The notes below the pieces were generated by a model. It did not search any database. It saw only the letters and a program-made list of their open reading frames with translations, and was not told the origin of the DNA. The position numbers were made by a program, and so were the translations under genes. From the NCBI GenBank assembly GCA_943704425.1, contig CALSCP010002418.1, positions 39,541 through 103,540 of the forward strand: a DNA stretch of 64,000 nt. The letters run 5' to 3'. This DNA comes from Ministeria vibrans ATCC 50519. Its lineage: Eukaryota > Protista > Filasterea. This document shows, in pieces, positions 38,288-58,000 of the stretch (the first letter of the stretch is position 1; the number at the start of each line of letters is the position of its first letter).

Positions 38288-39516
38288 TTAAGCGTTGTTG
38301 ATAAGAATCCTCTGAAGAGCTATAAACATGAGTAAAAAAACACACAAAAAGAAACAAAACTTCAGTGTTGGTCTTCGGTTTCTCTTTTCAACTCATCTCA
38401 CTTACATTCATATTCGAGTTTTTCGCCAAGCGTCGTCGAGCGGACCTGGTTCCACTGGTTCTTGTCAAAGACCACAAGCAGTGGGTCGTTGGGGTCTTGG
38501 GTCCAACCGGCGCGTGCGTCGACAAAAGCGGTGAGTTCCTCGTCGGCGAGGAAGAGGGCGTCTTCGAGACACGCGCGCGTGATGCGCTGGTGGCTCATGT
38601 GCAGCGTTGCGGCAATGTAGTTGCGGATGGCAGCTGCAAACCCCTTCAGGTGCTCAACGAGCTCTCGTTCCTCTGTCAGTTCTTCCCAGAATGTCTATTG
38701 ATTTGAAATACAAGTGTTATCATATTTTACTATAATAATAAATATATTTTTTTCTTCATAATTGTTGTAGTGATGCATACCTTAAAGTGACACATTTCAA
38801 GAAGGTTTGAGTAGTAGATGATGCGGGAGATCTGATTGTCGTTGAGGTACTCTTCGCCGACAAGAAAGAGACAGGCGGAAAAGTCGGCGGAGGGCATCGC
38901 CATGAGAGACTTGAGCTGTTGAGAAGCAAGAAAGGCGACGTTTAGGACACACGACGGAGCATACAATATTATATAATATAATATAATATAATATAATATA
39001 ATACAATACAATATAATATAATATGTCTTACGAGAATGTTTGCGACGACGTCCACTTTGAGTTTGGTCGCATGCAGTTGGTAGAGAGTCAACGTCAGAAT
39101 GTTCGCCTCAAAGTCATACTCGTCGGCCTTGCACTAGCAGGAGAGGGAGAGAATAGCAGTGGATGAGCAGGGGCGACGCGGGAGCGTGTGGCGAGCCCTT
39201 GAAAGGTACCTGGTGAGTGACATTGTCCTCGAGCACCGTCAAATGTTCCGGATTGTATCGATCAAAGCCGTGCAACAGCTCCTACACACAGAACCGTGCC
39301 GCGTGAGTAGCCGTGGACGATGCGCAGTCCACACAAGAGTGGTGCACAACGCACCATTGGCTCGTGGTCGCTTCTATTCTTGTGTGGTGCGTGGCTCATT
39401 GATTTTTTTTTTTTTTTCTGCTCATGAGAGCAATTTTATTGCCAATTGTGCGGAGTGTGGAGAGGGACGAGACAGGTAGAGAGTACACTGCTCACCTGGA
39501 TCTTCGGGTTAGCCAT
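38288..39516 (-). CDS. EIF3K: Eukaryotic translation initiation factor 3 subunit K, multi-exon
   Basis: LLHGFDRYNPEHL..LE, YDFEAN, KSLMAMPSADFSAC and LLEMCHF. Confidence 0.85.
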
Positions 39517-39805
39517 GCTGTCTGTCTGTCTGTCTCTGTGTGTGAGTGTGTGTGTGTGTGCGTGAGCGGACGGAAGGGCGAGCGCAGATGTGAAACAAAG
39601 GGAGCTCACAACACGATCGTCGATCAGTCAGGGGGGAAGGAATGGGTCAAGAGGGGAGTGACGAGTGGAGACCCAAGAATGAATAAAAATGTCAAATGAT
39701 CTCTTTCAAATTCACTCAGAAGTCGTCGCAGTTCACACACTCAGTCACTCACCTCACACACTCAGTCACTAGTGATCACACTTTCTATTCCGCTTCCTCG
39801 CTAAC

Positions 39806-40599
39806 ATGCCCCGCAGCCGCTCCTCCCCCCGCGCCTCCCCCCGCGCTGCCCCCCGTGCGCCCGCACACACGCCCCAGCGATCGGCGGCTCCTGCGACGCG
39901 CAGCCCTGCCCCGGCCGCTGCTGCGCCAGCCCCGGCGCCTGCTGCCCCCCAACAGCCCGGTATGTTTGCCCAGATGGCAAGCACCGCCGCCGGCGTGGCT
40001 GTTGGATCGGCCGTGGTACGAAGAACAGTCGAGAAGGAAAAAGAGAGAGCGAAAGAGAAAAGACAAAAAAAAAAAAAAAAAAAAATGACGCCACGCTCCT
40101 ATCGCTCCCTTCTCACCCACGCCTTGCTGTGTAGGGTCACACCGTTGGTGCGGCTCTGACGGGTGCCATGGGCGGCGGCGGCAGCAGCGGCGAGGCCGAG
40201 CGGGCGCCTCAGCAGCAGCAGCAGTACGACGCGAACGTCGGTCAGCCGCTTCAGTACGGACAGCCGGCGCAGTACGGCCAGGCGCCGCAGGAGGGCAACC
40301 CCTGCTCGTGGGAGATGAAGGTATGTGCGTGCAACGGTCGTGGAGAGTGCCACAGGGGAAGGAGGCTGATGAGCACACGACAGATGGCTGTGCCAAGTTC
40401 GCTTTCCTTCCACTACTCTACTTCACCCGTAAAATCCCTGAACTCAACACACTCACCACACTCTTCGTCATCTTTCTCTTTTCGGACTCCGCACCCCCAG
40501 CGCTTCCTCGAGTGCGTCGAGGCGAACGGCAGCAACATTTCCGTGTGCCAGTCCTTTCAGGATGCCATGAAGCAGTGCCGTCTCTCCTACAACATGTGA
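39806..40599 (+). CDS. CHCHD2/CHCHD10 (Mix17)-like twin CX9C protein
   Basis: MPRSRS...QPGMFAQMASTAAGVAVGSAV|GHTVGAALTG, and PCSWEMK|RFLECV...SVCQSFQDAMKQC. Confidence 0.93.
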
Positions 40600-40913
40600 G
40601 CCTGTAAACGCCTCCTGCGCCCCAACCACCCTTCCCTCTTTGCACAGATCCCTTTCCTTGTTACAATGAACCCCTATTTCTTCCTCGATGGCGTACTCAA
40701 GATATAGCGACACTCAAGATCCGACTGAAAAACACAAATTAAAAAGACTACGACTTAAATCTACCCGTCTGTGCAAAAGAAAACGCACATGCCACGGTCG
40801 ACACTACGCCTCACCGACACTTTGAGATACCTTTCGTGTGTTGACAAAAAGAAAAAGAAATCACTTCAAAAATCATTGATGGTATAAAGTTGCAAAAGGG
40901 CGCCAAAGAATCA

Positions 40914-41205
40914 TCAGCGGCGAAGTCGCTTAGACGCGGGCGTTTCTTCAGTTGTAGAGTCGTCTTGATCACCGTCCTCGTCGTCCGACACAGTGCGCTT
41001 GGGCGGCGCCTTCTTCTTGTCCGCCAGCGCAGCCGCAGCGGCTGCCTTTGCAACGGCCGTCTCCAAGTTGCTCGACTCTGTCTTGGGCGGGCGTCCTCGT
41101 CCCCGCCCGGGCACTGCCACCTTCTTCGGCTTCAGCTGCGACGGGTCCTACATTCCGCCGTTAGCAAAGCGTGTCGTTCCCTCTTTGATTTGACAGCAAC
41201 AGCAG

Positions 41206-41270
<65 letters not shown>

Positions 41271-41529
41271 AAGAGAGAAGAGCAATCTCCCATTCAATGT
41301 GATCGTCGTAACGCATTCATGGGAGTTGTACGCAGAGGGACGGGAGTAGGAGGAGCCGAGAAAACGACGCAACGAGAGGCAAATCAGACGGAACGGTTTC
41401 TGTTCTTTTACGAACCTTTGGCGGACGGCCACGACCGCGCTTGGGCGCGTTGGGATCAACTTCCTTCTTTGCGGGCCCACCAGGCTTAGGTGGTCGGCCT
41501 CGGCCGCGCTTGACACCTTCAGCTTCCAT
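40914..41529 (-). CDS. HMGA-like AT-hook protein, 2 exons
   Basis: Three RGRGRPPK AT-hooks followed by an acidic stretch (DDEDGDQDD). Confidence 0.8.
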
Positions 41530-41799
41530 TGTACAAAAAAATATTATTTTATTGTTTTCTTTTGATTTTTGAAAATTTATTTTGATGTTTTGGTGATAAT
41601 AATTATTTTGATTTGAAGGTACAAAGAATTCTGTAGACATGAGAGATAGGGGCCTTGATAAATCATGATTAGTGAATCGGGAATTAGTACTTCTTTGCTA
41701 GGGTTCGATCGGCTTCTTGAAACTGAAACTGGTCAATCTTTTCACTCACTCACTCACTCTCTCTCTTTTTCTCTCTCTTTTTTCTAGCGCTCCAATCAA

Positions 41800-48041
<6,242 letters not shown>

Positions 48042-48154
48042 CGCGAGAACACGTTCAGATCACGAGTTGGCACAAAGAGGAGCAGAGAAGAGGACACGTG
48101 AGGGACAGTGAACTGAGTGAAGTGATCACATTTTAAGCAGTTTTTTTTAAAATC

Positions 48155-49033
48155 ATGAATAGTGAACAGGCACATCTAACGGTGATCAAACTAGGCGGTG
48201 GCTTGATTACAGAAAAGAACTCAATGAAGACGCTGCGACATGCGGTGGTGGCGAGACTTGCGCATGATATTCGGGTTTTATTGACGGAAGGCAGACGATT
48301 GCTTCTGGTGCACGGCGCCGGCTCATTCGGACACCTCAAGGCCAGGGAAGCTCAGCTGCACCGAGGACGACTTGAAAGGGAGTTTCCATTGGAATTTCAG
48401 TTGGAAGCGGTGGCGCGAGTTCGACAGGACATGTTGGAGCTTTGTCAACATTTGAGGGGGGCTCTGGACGCCGAGGGTATTCCCACAAAGGCCTTTCCGC
48501 CGCGAGAATGGGCTCGAGAATGTGGCGAGAACTTTGAAGGATTCCTTGAGCCGTTGGTAGGGGTGCCCAGGGGCGTTGTTGCTGTGACCTTTGGCGATGT
48601 GGTCGATTGTGCGCCTCCCGCGCTTTTTGGCATTCTCTCGGGCGACGACATTGTCAAGCGTCTAGCCTGTGAAGTGCCAAGTGTACACCGGGTTGTGTTT
48701 GCTCTTGGTGGCGTTCCGGGGCTTCTTCGTGCACCTCCGGGTGCGGAGCCGTCCGATCAAGCGACTGTTGACGCACAGCTTGTCCGACGCGTCTCCACCG
48801 CCGCCGGCACTAGTGCATTTAGAACACACCACAATGACACGGTGGACGTCACCGGAGGCATTGCGCTGAAACTGGCTCGCGCCCAGACGATTGTGCAACA
48901 GCGTCGGGCAACAACGGTCGTCTTGGTCAGTGGCGATCTTTCGGACCGCTTTCTTGGTGCCTGTCGTGGTGAACCCGACACCCTTGCGACTCTTGTTTGT
49001 TCCGAAGGAAGTCTGACTACTGATATCGAATGA
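48155..49033 (+). CDS. Isopentenyl phosphate kinase (amino-acid-kinase family), intronless
   Basis: IKLGGGLITEK, LVHGAGSFGH (IPK catalytic His), FGDVV, ILSGDDIV and DVTGGI..KL. Confidence 0.85.
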   Translation: MNSEQAHLTVIKLGGGLITEKNSMKTLRHAVVARLAHDIRVLLTEGRRLLLVHGAGSFGHLKAREAQLHRGRLEREFPLEFQLEAVARVRQDMLELCQHLRGALDAEGIPTKAFPPREWARECGENFEGFLEPLVGVPRGVVAVTFGDVVDCAPPALFGILSGDDIVKRLACEVPSVHRVVFALGGVPGLLRAPPGAEPSDQATVDAQLVRRVSTAAGTSAFRTHHNDTVDVTGGIALKLARAQTIVQQRRATTVVLVSGDLSDRFLGACRGEPDTLATLVCSEGSLTTDIE

Positions 49034-49127
49034 CAATTTGAGACAATGATGCGAATTGTTGCGTGTGTGGGGTTTAAAGTGTACAGGTTTAATATAATAA
49101 TATTCAATTGATGCAACTAAAACGCGC

Positions 49128-49823
49128 TTAGGAGCGCAGAAAGAAGTAAAGGATGAAGAAGGAGAAAAACACAAAGGCAACCATGTACCACATGATGCGG
49201 GTGTGTCCTGCGCGTGACATGTCTTGCAGGCGACGCATTGTTGAGCCCAAGAGACCGCCAGCGGACGAGAAATCGAGATTCTAAGTGAGAGACGCAAAAG
49301 TACCAAAGAGAGTGAGAGAGAGAGACAGAGGGAAACAAAAAGAAAAAGAAGACGATAAGCTGAGGGGCTCCCTGCGTGTATCTGCATGTATGCGTGTACC
49401 ATTCCGTCCAGGATTCCATGCTGTTCTTTGACCTCTTCGCCAATATTGATCGTCAGCTAAAAACACGAAAAGTATATTTGAACTGTTGTCGTTTTTGGGT
49501 TGGATGGGAGAGATAGAGACACTACAAGAAGGGAGGAGGGAGGGGGACGCACATACCGACTTGAGAAGGGCAACTTTGGCGCCGAGTTCGTCGACAAGAG
49601 CGTCATTTTGCTGTTCGAGTACGCCCGAGTCGGTCTGCCGACTGCTGTAGCCTGGATCGTCCATTTCTCCGTTCCCCAAGAGTGCCGCACGATCTCTATC
49701 GAATGGCGGGAGGGGGGGGGGGGGGGGGGGGGCGTGTGGCGGTGAGCGTGTGACTTGACGTGTGACTCACAAATGTGTCGTGGATGTTTCTTTTCTGTGT
49801 CACCTCTGGCCGGCTCTCTTCAT
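49128..49823 (-). CDS. BET1: BET1-like Qc-SNARE, multi-exon
   Basis: LEQQND..VDEL..KV.LLKS|LTINIGEEV.EQ...LDGM, GLL.STM.RL..M and a C-terminal TM. Confidence 0.85.
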
Positions 49824-50144
49824 CAACAAGCTACAAGCCTACAACCGAAAACAAATCTGACAGAGCGTTGCCTGAAGAGTATAATAATAAAATATAATGA
49901 ATAATTATTATTATTTCTTTGATCTTTCACCTTTCACTTTATTAATACTGTTTTTGCTGCTGCTTTGAATCGTCAAACTGCTCTCATTCTCGCTGTATTA
50001 ATGTATTTACTAATTTCTCAACTTGAGCGCAAAATAAACGAGTAAATCAATTAAAAAAAACAAAACAAAAAGTTGTGTATTTTTAAAGCTCCGTTGCAAA
50101 AAGTTAGTGTAAACCAAAAACAAAACAAAAAAAACACACAAAAC

Positions 50145-51836
50145 TTAGTGATTCGTGAGTTGAAAGCGTTTAGTCGGAGACAGATCACCGAGATCATACT
50201 CAAGCGCAGGGCCACCATCAGGTACAATAACGTCACGCACCTGAAGTAAGAGTGGAGAGAGCGACAGAAAAGATTTTCAGTATAAACAAAATAATTCATA
50301 TTGATATTACTTGGTAAGTGTAACAGCCCTGTTTGGCGGTGGGGAACTCGCCAATGTCACCGTCGCGATGTTCGAGCCAGACGTGGATGGGAGCGGTGAC
50401 GGCGACATTGGCGGCACAGCCACCAAACTCAAGCATGTCGACGAGCGAGGAGAGCGCCGGTGCCATTGCCTCGGTACTCTCCAGCTGCCGGAATACCCAG
50501 TGCTGATGCTCGCGCGAGTGTTCGGAGAGACGCGTGAATGGGAAGGCGTAGTGTTGGCGATCGGCTCCGCACTGTGCAAATTCACGGTCGCTCAGCGAAA
50601 GGTACAACGGAGGGTTTGACACAGTTGCCACTTGTCGACGACTCGTGTCGGCAAAGGAGAAGCCTACAAGGGTACTGTCATCGCAGATAGGCCCGTCGAG
50701 CTTGAGCGTCATGGCCAGACGCTCCATCTCCCACGCCGTGATGGGCAACGGTTGACCCCCGCTGCGAAACTCGTTGCGCCAGTCGCGCGTCGCCGACTTG
50801 ACTATCACTGCAAACATGGGCTCGCGCGGCGCATGCGAATGTGATACACTCCGTCGCTTCTTGCCTGAGCGTCATAAAAAAAAAGAAACGAATAAGAAAA
50901 AAATGCGCCCAGAATGCCCAAAATGAAGAAAAGAAAGCAAAAGAAAAGCAGAAAAGAAAAAAGCAAACAAAAAATATAAAGAAACGAAAAGAAAGAATGA
51001 GGCAATGCGATGAAGACGCATCGGCGCGAGCCGATGTTGTTAGAGCAACATAGTCGAACGAAAAGTGAAAGGGAAGAGGGGATTGAGCAATTCAGAAGAA
51101 AATAAGGAAAATGCGTTGTTTTTTTTTTTTTTTTCTCGTACCTTTGCGAATGGTCGGGAGTCCGCCCTTGATAACGCGAACGCCGTTCACTTCGGGTGCC
51201 TGGTTGATGTTGAAGACTAAATGGACGTGGAAGATGCCGCTGATACCGTCTGTGAAGGGCTCGAGCGAGCGTGTCATCGAGAAGGAACTTGTCGAGAATT
51301 TGATGTCTTCCTGTTCTCTGTTCGCGCCCGACGACCTCGTGTGTATCCTGTGGTTGTACTCGGGCTCTGTAGCTGCAACGTGGAGCGCAGTTTCGGCTGC
51401 AGTCAGTGCGTAGAACTGATTGACGTCCACATCGAAATCGAGCGGAGCCATCTCCTCGTCGGACGGCTCCGTCTTGACACGCGTTTCGGTGGACATGCTG
51501 TTGGGCCAGGGTGTGTACGCATGCGCGGGCTCCTGTAACTCCCACAGAAGCGCTTGCTCGACATCCTCGGCAAAAAGTGGGCCCGAGATAAGAGCGTCAC
51601 GGGCGATTTGTTCGCCCTCGAGAAGCTACAGAGACGCGCGTAAACGGGTTAGTACGCTTGAAGTTCACACATGGCAGCGTTGAGAGCGGCGGAAACGACC
51701 GCCTCTCATTGTCACGGGATGCCTTGTGTAACACGGAAAAAAAACCACCCAAAACAGTCCATCTTGCTCTACAAACACATACCTGGTATTGCAATGACGT
51801 AGGGTCATCAAGAGCAATCAAGTACAGATCTTCCAT
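50145..51836 (-). CDS. Hypothetical protein, multi-exon
   Basis: Coding-like GC-rich exons bounded by GT-AG introns. No family recognised. Confidence 0.5.
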
Positions 51837-52060
51837 CGTGCTGACTGGTGAGTGTGAGAAATTTTTTGACTTTAGAATATTTTTTGATTTTTTTTTGATT
51901 TTTTGATTTTTTGATTTTTTGACTCTTTTTTTTGACTAGTAATAGAGTCAAAATATACTCAAATAAGTCAAATTTTTTGCTTCTCTTTGTGGACTCGACT
52001 GGTCTACATTTCCCCCTTTACTCTGTGTGTGTTTGCCTGTTGAGTGCTGGGGGGGAGACA

Positions 52061-55000
52061 ATGACGCGCCGAATTGCGGTGCTGATCGGCGCCGACACAT
52101 ATTCGGACGGTCGGTTTCGGCAGTTGCGCTACTGCGGACGAGATGCGGAACTTCTGTCGCAAACATTGCAGCGCCAAGGGTACCATGTCATTGTGTTGAC
52201 CGGCACCAATGCCACCGTGCGCACCCTCGTTCAGGTGCTCGTCAAAATTCGCGAAGATTTACGACTTGTCACCCAAAACGCATCCCCTTCGCACCCCGCC
52301 CCCGAGGCCACCCTGCTTGTTTACGCCGCATGCCACGGCGCCCGTGCCACTCTTCTCTCCGACGCCCGTCGTCAGGCGCCACAAGCGGACAGCACATCCT
52401 CCGCATCACACTCATCGCAAGTCGTCAGTCTGCCGATGACAAGCACGTCGCAAACCGCTTCTGCCGCTACTCCAACCACTGCTGCCGACTCTTCTGCCGC
52501 CCCGCTCGCCCACGACCCCTCCTCCTCCAAAAAGACTCCCGCGCCCACCAGGCGTGGATCATCTGCCGCTAACACGGAGGACGCTCGTCGCGCTCCCTCG
52601 ACTCCTTCAACTTCGCAAGCGGTCCCTGCACCGTCTCCAAGAAGAGCCGCTCCGCCGTCGTCTAGCGACCGAGTAGACGAGAGCACGTCCTCCTTATCAA
52701 GGCACATCGACGAGGAGAGCAGTAACAGCCAGGCGGCTGGGCGCGCACGAACCGTTACCGAACCTCTTGCTCCGTCATCGACTGCGATGACAATGCCCAT
52801 TCCCGTCTCCCGCAGCCGTCGAGAGGTGCCCATCCTTGCCCTCATGGACACCAACGGCTCCAATGACTACCAGTTGCTCACAACAGGCATGCGTGTCGAC
52901 CGTCTCTCAGCACTCATGAAGAACACAGGTGCCGACCATCTCATGCTCGTCCTCGACGCATGTCGCTCAGGCTCCTCCGGTTCGCGCACCAGCTCGCAGG
53001 ACCCCGAGCGCGAAACAGTACCCTTCATGGCACGTGCCCGCGACGCTGGCGCCGCCGGTAGTGAACCAGGCTTTGCTCTACTTTGTAGCACAAGCAAGAA
53101 CCAACGTGCCATTGAATACGAGGGCATTGGTCACGGTCTCTTCACACACTTCTTCAACCAGGCGCTTCTAGGACGCGCCGACGACGCCGACGCCGGTCCA
53201 ATCACTCTTATGGAAGTCGCTCTTTATGTCACACGACACATGCGCGAGACCACTCAGGGTCAACAGACCCCTTTGCTCTCCGTCGAGTCCGAGAGTTCTC
53301 TTGTCCTCGCCGATCACCGTCTCGAGCCCCGCTCCAGTCGTCGCACCGCACCTCGTACTGCACCCGCACCACCACCACCACCACCACCACCACCACCCAC
53401 CACAAGTACTCTCACCGCCACGAGCAACGGTAGTACATCGAGTACAACTGCAGCTACCTCACCCACCTCGCCTAAGCACAGCTCCTCCACCAATCAACAT
53501 CAACACCAACACCAGCACCAGCAACATCAACAACAACGTCAGCAACGTCAGCAGCAACAACAACTACAATCACAACAACAATCACAATCACAACGACAGA
53601 ACACGAGTCCCTCCATCCAACAACGACGCTCCCTCGACTCTACACAGCCATCTCCTGTCTCATCAGCTCGACATCCTCGTCCCTCTTTCTCCCTCAACGC
53701 TGAGCCGCTCCTTGCTTCCCACACCCAAAGCCAATCGGCATCACCACCATCACAACAACAACAACAGCAGCAGCAGCACCCAGCCACTTCAAACTACATC
53801 CCGACATCGGCGGCCGCGGCTCCTCCCGTCGACCCACAGGCAACGCGCGATCATGCACTCGCGACCAAGGGCGACCTTGCCGCCATGCTTGTCATGCTTG
53901 CACTGCTCCTCACTCTGGTTGCCAACAAAATCTCTCTTGTGGTCATGGCACGCGACACCCTCGAGTCCAAGGGCTTTGTCGGCGTGGTACTTGTGCTGCT
54001 CGTGCCCGAACTACTGCATGTCTGCGGCTCAATCCTCGTCAACGGTCCTCCTTCGTTCTGTCCCATGATTCGTTGGCGGCATGGCGTGCGCTGGTACCAC
54101 CTTGCCTTTGTCGTGTTCCGCGGTGTACTTGAACCCGTCCCACTCTGGCTGTACGCCGCCTGGATCGTACCCAATGTCGACGGCACGCGCGCCATCTACC
54201 TCATGAGTGCCATGTACATGTGGCCCTTGCTAGGCAAGTCACTGCGTGGTCGTGCCTTCTCCCTGCTCGATCTATTTTGCCTTGTCACGCTCACGGCCGC
54301 CATTGCCGTCTCCATCATGCACCTGAGCGCCCGTGGCATTGTTGCCGTTGCGCTCCTGTCACTGCCGTGGATCGAATCCTTCTGGGCACGCGACGAGCTC
54401 ATCAAGATTGGCGAGGTGCGCACCGCACTGCAGCCCTGGCTCAACATTCTCAAGGTGGTCTCCATCTGCACCATTCCCGTCGCGACCATCTTTGCCATGG
54501 GTGGCAGCATCAGCACCGAGGATATCCACGACGGTTTTGCGGCCCTCCAGCGCGACCCTGCCTTCATCGTCAACTGTCTCTCGGGCCCCATCTCCGTCGT
54601 GCTCGTCTGGTTTCTTGTCAGTAACGCCCCCCGCTGGCTCGCCGCTGCCGTTACCCTTGCCACACCCGTTGCCGTCACCATCACGTCGACCACCTGCCAC
54701 ACCTGGCCGCTTGGCTACAAGTGTGCCGACCACGGCAATATGTGGTGGGAGATTCTCTGTGTCGTACTCCTCTGCATTGTCCAATTGCTCGTCGCTCGCT
54801 TCCTCTGGCCGGCGCCCAGTCGTCGTTTGCGTCTTGACTCACCACTGCCTCCGCCTTCGGCAGTCGCCTTTGGTGACTACCTCCAGCGTCGCTATGCCTT
54901 CAATTCCATTGTTTTGGAGCAGACGGAGCTCCTCTCGTGCTATCGGCTGCTCGAGACTCTCTTTGACCCGGACATGGCGGTTGCCGACGACATCAGCAAG

Positions 55001-58000
55001 CCTCATCGGGTGTTTGTGTGTGCCACGCTTACTCGCGAGCACTGTGAAAGTGACGCTGAGGTCGTCTTGCGCTCGCTCGATGACCTCGTGGCCGCGCAGG
55101 CCTCGCGCGATCCCGACGAGTCCATTCCCATTGAGGCACACATCATCATTGACGATGCCATGGAACAGCAGGGCACCATGCCCTGTGCTATTGCTCTCCT
55201 TCTTCTTGATCGCTTGCGTCTGCGACGACGACGTTTCTTCATCAACAGCACCGGTAGTGTCAACGACGCCGACGATCCGCACCGTCTGGAGCGGAACCGC
55301 ACTCGCACCGGCTACGGCTGGGTGCTCGACACCACTCTGGATGGGGTGCCTCTGGCGACGGCGATGGCGACGGACACGGCGACGGACACAGGACTCGGGA
55401 GTGTGTCGGCAAGTGCCGCGGCGACACGCACTGGCGGTACCAATGCAAGCACGGCAACGGATGTGCCGAGCGCCCTACGCATCTTTGTACACCTCAAGGA
55501 CCGCCAAAAGACCCCGGTGGGTCGCCGTTGGACCCTCTTGATGTTTTTCAGTCACATTCTGCGCTTCCGCATGCTCAATCTTGGGCTGTTTGAAGAGCAG
55601 GTGGTTGCGCTGGTGACGGACGGCGGCGTCCGCTTCGACATGCACGCCCTCGACCGTCTTGTCGACCACATGTCGTTGCGCCCCGTTGTCGCCTCTGTCA
55701 CCGGCGGTCTCTTCACCGATTGGTCCATGTACGATCACATGCCCCCATCCTCGCCGCCATCGTCCTCCGCGCCCTCTCTGTCTCTGTCCGATCCCATTGG
55801 CGTCACCGTTGACAATGGTCGTGTGGCGAGCAAGGCAGCAACGCCCCTAGTGTGTCACCAGCGACGTCCCAACTCGACACACGGCGTCTCACGCATGCAC
55901 CTTGACATGGACAGTGCAAAGGCAGAGAAGCGACGGCGGCAGAGAGAGCAGGATGAGGCAAAGAGGAAGAAGGAGCAGGGTTATGCGTTGCGTCTGTACT
56001 TGTGGCTGCGCTGTTGGGCCATGGTCATTCTGCAGCACATCCAACGGTTTGTCCTCTTTATTCACGAGTCGTACTTTGACGCATTTGAGCGGTCGCTGCG
56101 CGCCTCGACCGACGACACTTTGGGCAGCGAAGTGGTGCCCTCAGGCAGGTTTGTACTCTACCGGGTGAGTGCCGTTACAAGTGTGTTGTCGGCGTTCTCC
56201 GCGCCCTCCACAACCCCAAGCGACTGGATGGTCAATGACCAGGCGGAGGATCTGTTTTTGTCGTCGCTTATGCTTCGCAATGGCTGGAGACTGGCACACT
56301 GTCAGCGTGCGTCGGTGTGCGTGCGCAGCCCGGTGACCATGTCGCGCATGCTTATTGCCTACACCCATCGCATTGGGGCGCGCGTGCTGACGTCGCTGCA
56401 CTTCATCCAGAACGGCACGCACCTGGCACACATCAATGGCAGCATTAGTCCACTCTTTGTCATGCATCAGGTCCTTCTGCTGCTCGAGATGATCCTATGG
56501 CCCGCCATGTTTTGTGCCACATCCATTGGCACTGTCGCCTACTTCATATTCGAGTTGACCACCGCTTCGTACATGACTGCCTACGCCATCGCCAACGGCG
56601 TGCTTATTGCCATTTTTCTTGTGGCCGCCATTGCGTGTCGTGTGGCTCTCAAGTCGCGGGTGGTCGTCGAGCGATCAACAACAACAACAGCAGTAGCAGC
56701 AGCGACTGATGGTAGAGTGACCGAGAGCACTCATGACAGCGGTGTGGGAGCGACTGCCTTGGTAGTGCCAGAGAATGCCACGACGACGACGACGACGACG
56801 ACGAACGGCGCGACCGCTCAACTGCCGCGACCCACTACCCTATCCATATTGGGTCGATTTGGTCTGCAGGGGAGCAGCACGAGCAGTAGCAGTGTGGGCC
56901 AAGCGGCGTCCATGCTTAATGGAGGCGCACTCGCGGTGCCCGCGCGCAATGTGGACGACAGCGGACGACCCATTGTTGAGTTGATGTACTGGCGTCAGTG
57001 GGGTGCCTGGCTTCTTGCCTTTGTCTACGTCCTGTTTGTTGTGCTCACCTGTCTCTTTTACTATGTGGCCGTTGTGTCGATGATTGACAATCCAATGTCG
57101 TCGGGTGCCATTACCTACTATGCGATTGTGGGCGGTGCAGTGCTGGCGCTCATTCTGCAGGTTGATCGAGCGCCGCCATTTCGCTCGATGCGCGACACGC
57201 TCACCCTTGTGGTATTTTCGCCGCTCTTCACACTGATCACGTCACCCGCCAGCATGTGTGTGGGTTTGCTGTTTGCGTCGACGCATGCACACATTTTGCG
57301 GGGCACATTTTGTCATTTTGATGTGGATCGATTGGTGCGCATTGTGATGGGACGCGTTGAGGCAAAGAGAAAGAAGGGGGATGAGGAGGAGGAAGAAGAA
57401 GAAGAAGAAGAAGAAGAAGGCGATGAAAATGAGTCGGGAGAAGACGACGAAGATGATGAAGAGGAAGAGGAGGAGGATGGAGAGGGAGTTGAAGGGGAGA
57501 ATGAGGATGACTATGTGTTTGAGTGTCCTGCGGCGCCCACACTGGAGCGATTGATGGAGCAGCCGCGACGAACGCGACGGCACGCGTGGTTCAATGGGAT
57601 TCCGTCGGGCATGGCCAATGCGCTTGTGATGAGTTCATGGTGGAAGCTGGTGGAGAATTTCCCAACGCCGTGCAATCCGAGCATTGAGGAGAGGGACAAG
57701 GCGGTGGCGGATGTGGCGACGTTGCGTGCGGCCGTGGCCAAATGGGGTCGCGTCTTTGTGGGCCTGACGCTGTTTGCCGGGGCCATGTTTGCGCTGATTG
57801 AGCGTGATCTGGACCCGGTATCGTGTTTTGGCCTGGCCAATGGCAATCCAGTGTTTTGGTCGCTATTCATTTTTGGACCGGCTGTGCAATTGTTGGTGTT
57901 TCTCCTCCAGAAGTTATCGCTTGCAGCACAGCTGGCAGATGGGTCGCTGATGCACGAGTGGTGCAGCTGCTTCCTGAGCCGGACCCGGACGGCGACTAAC

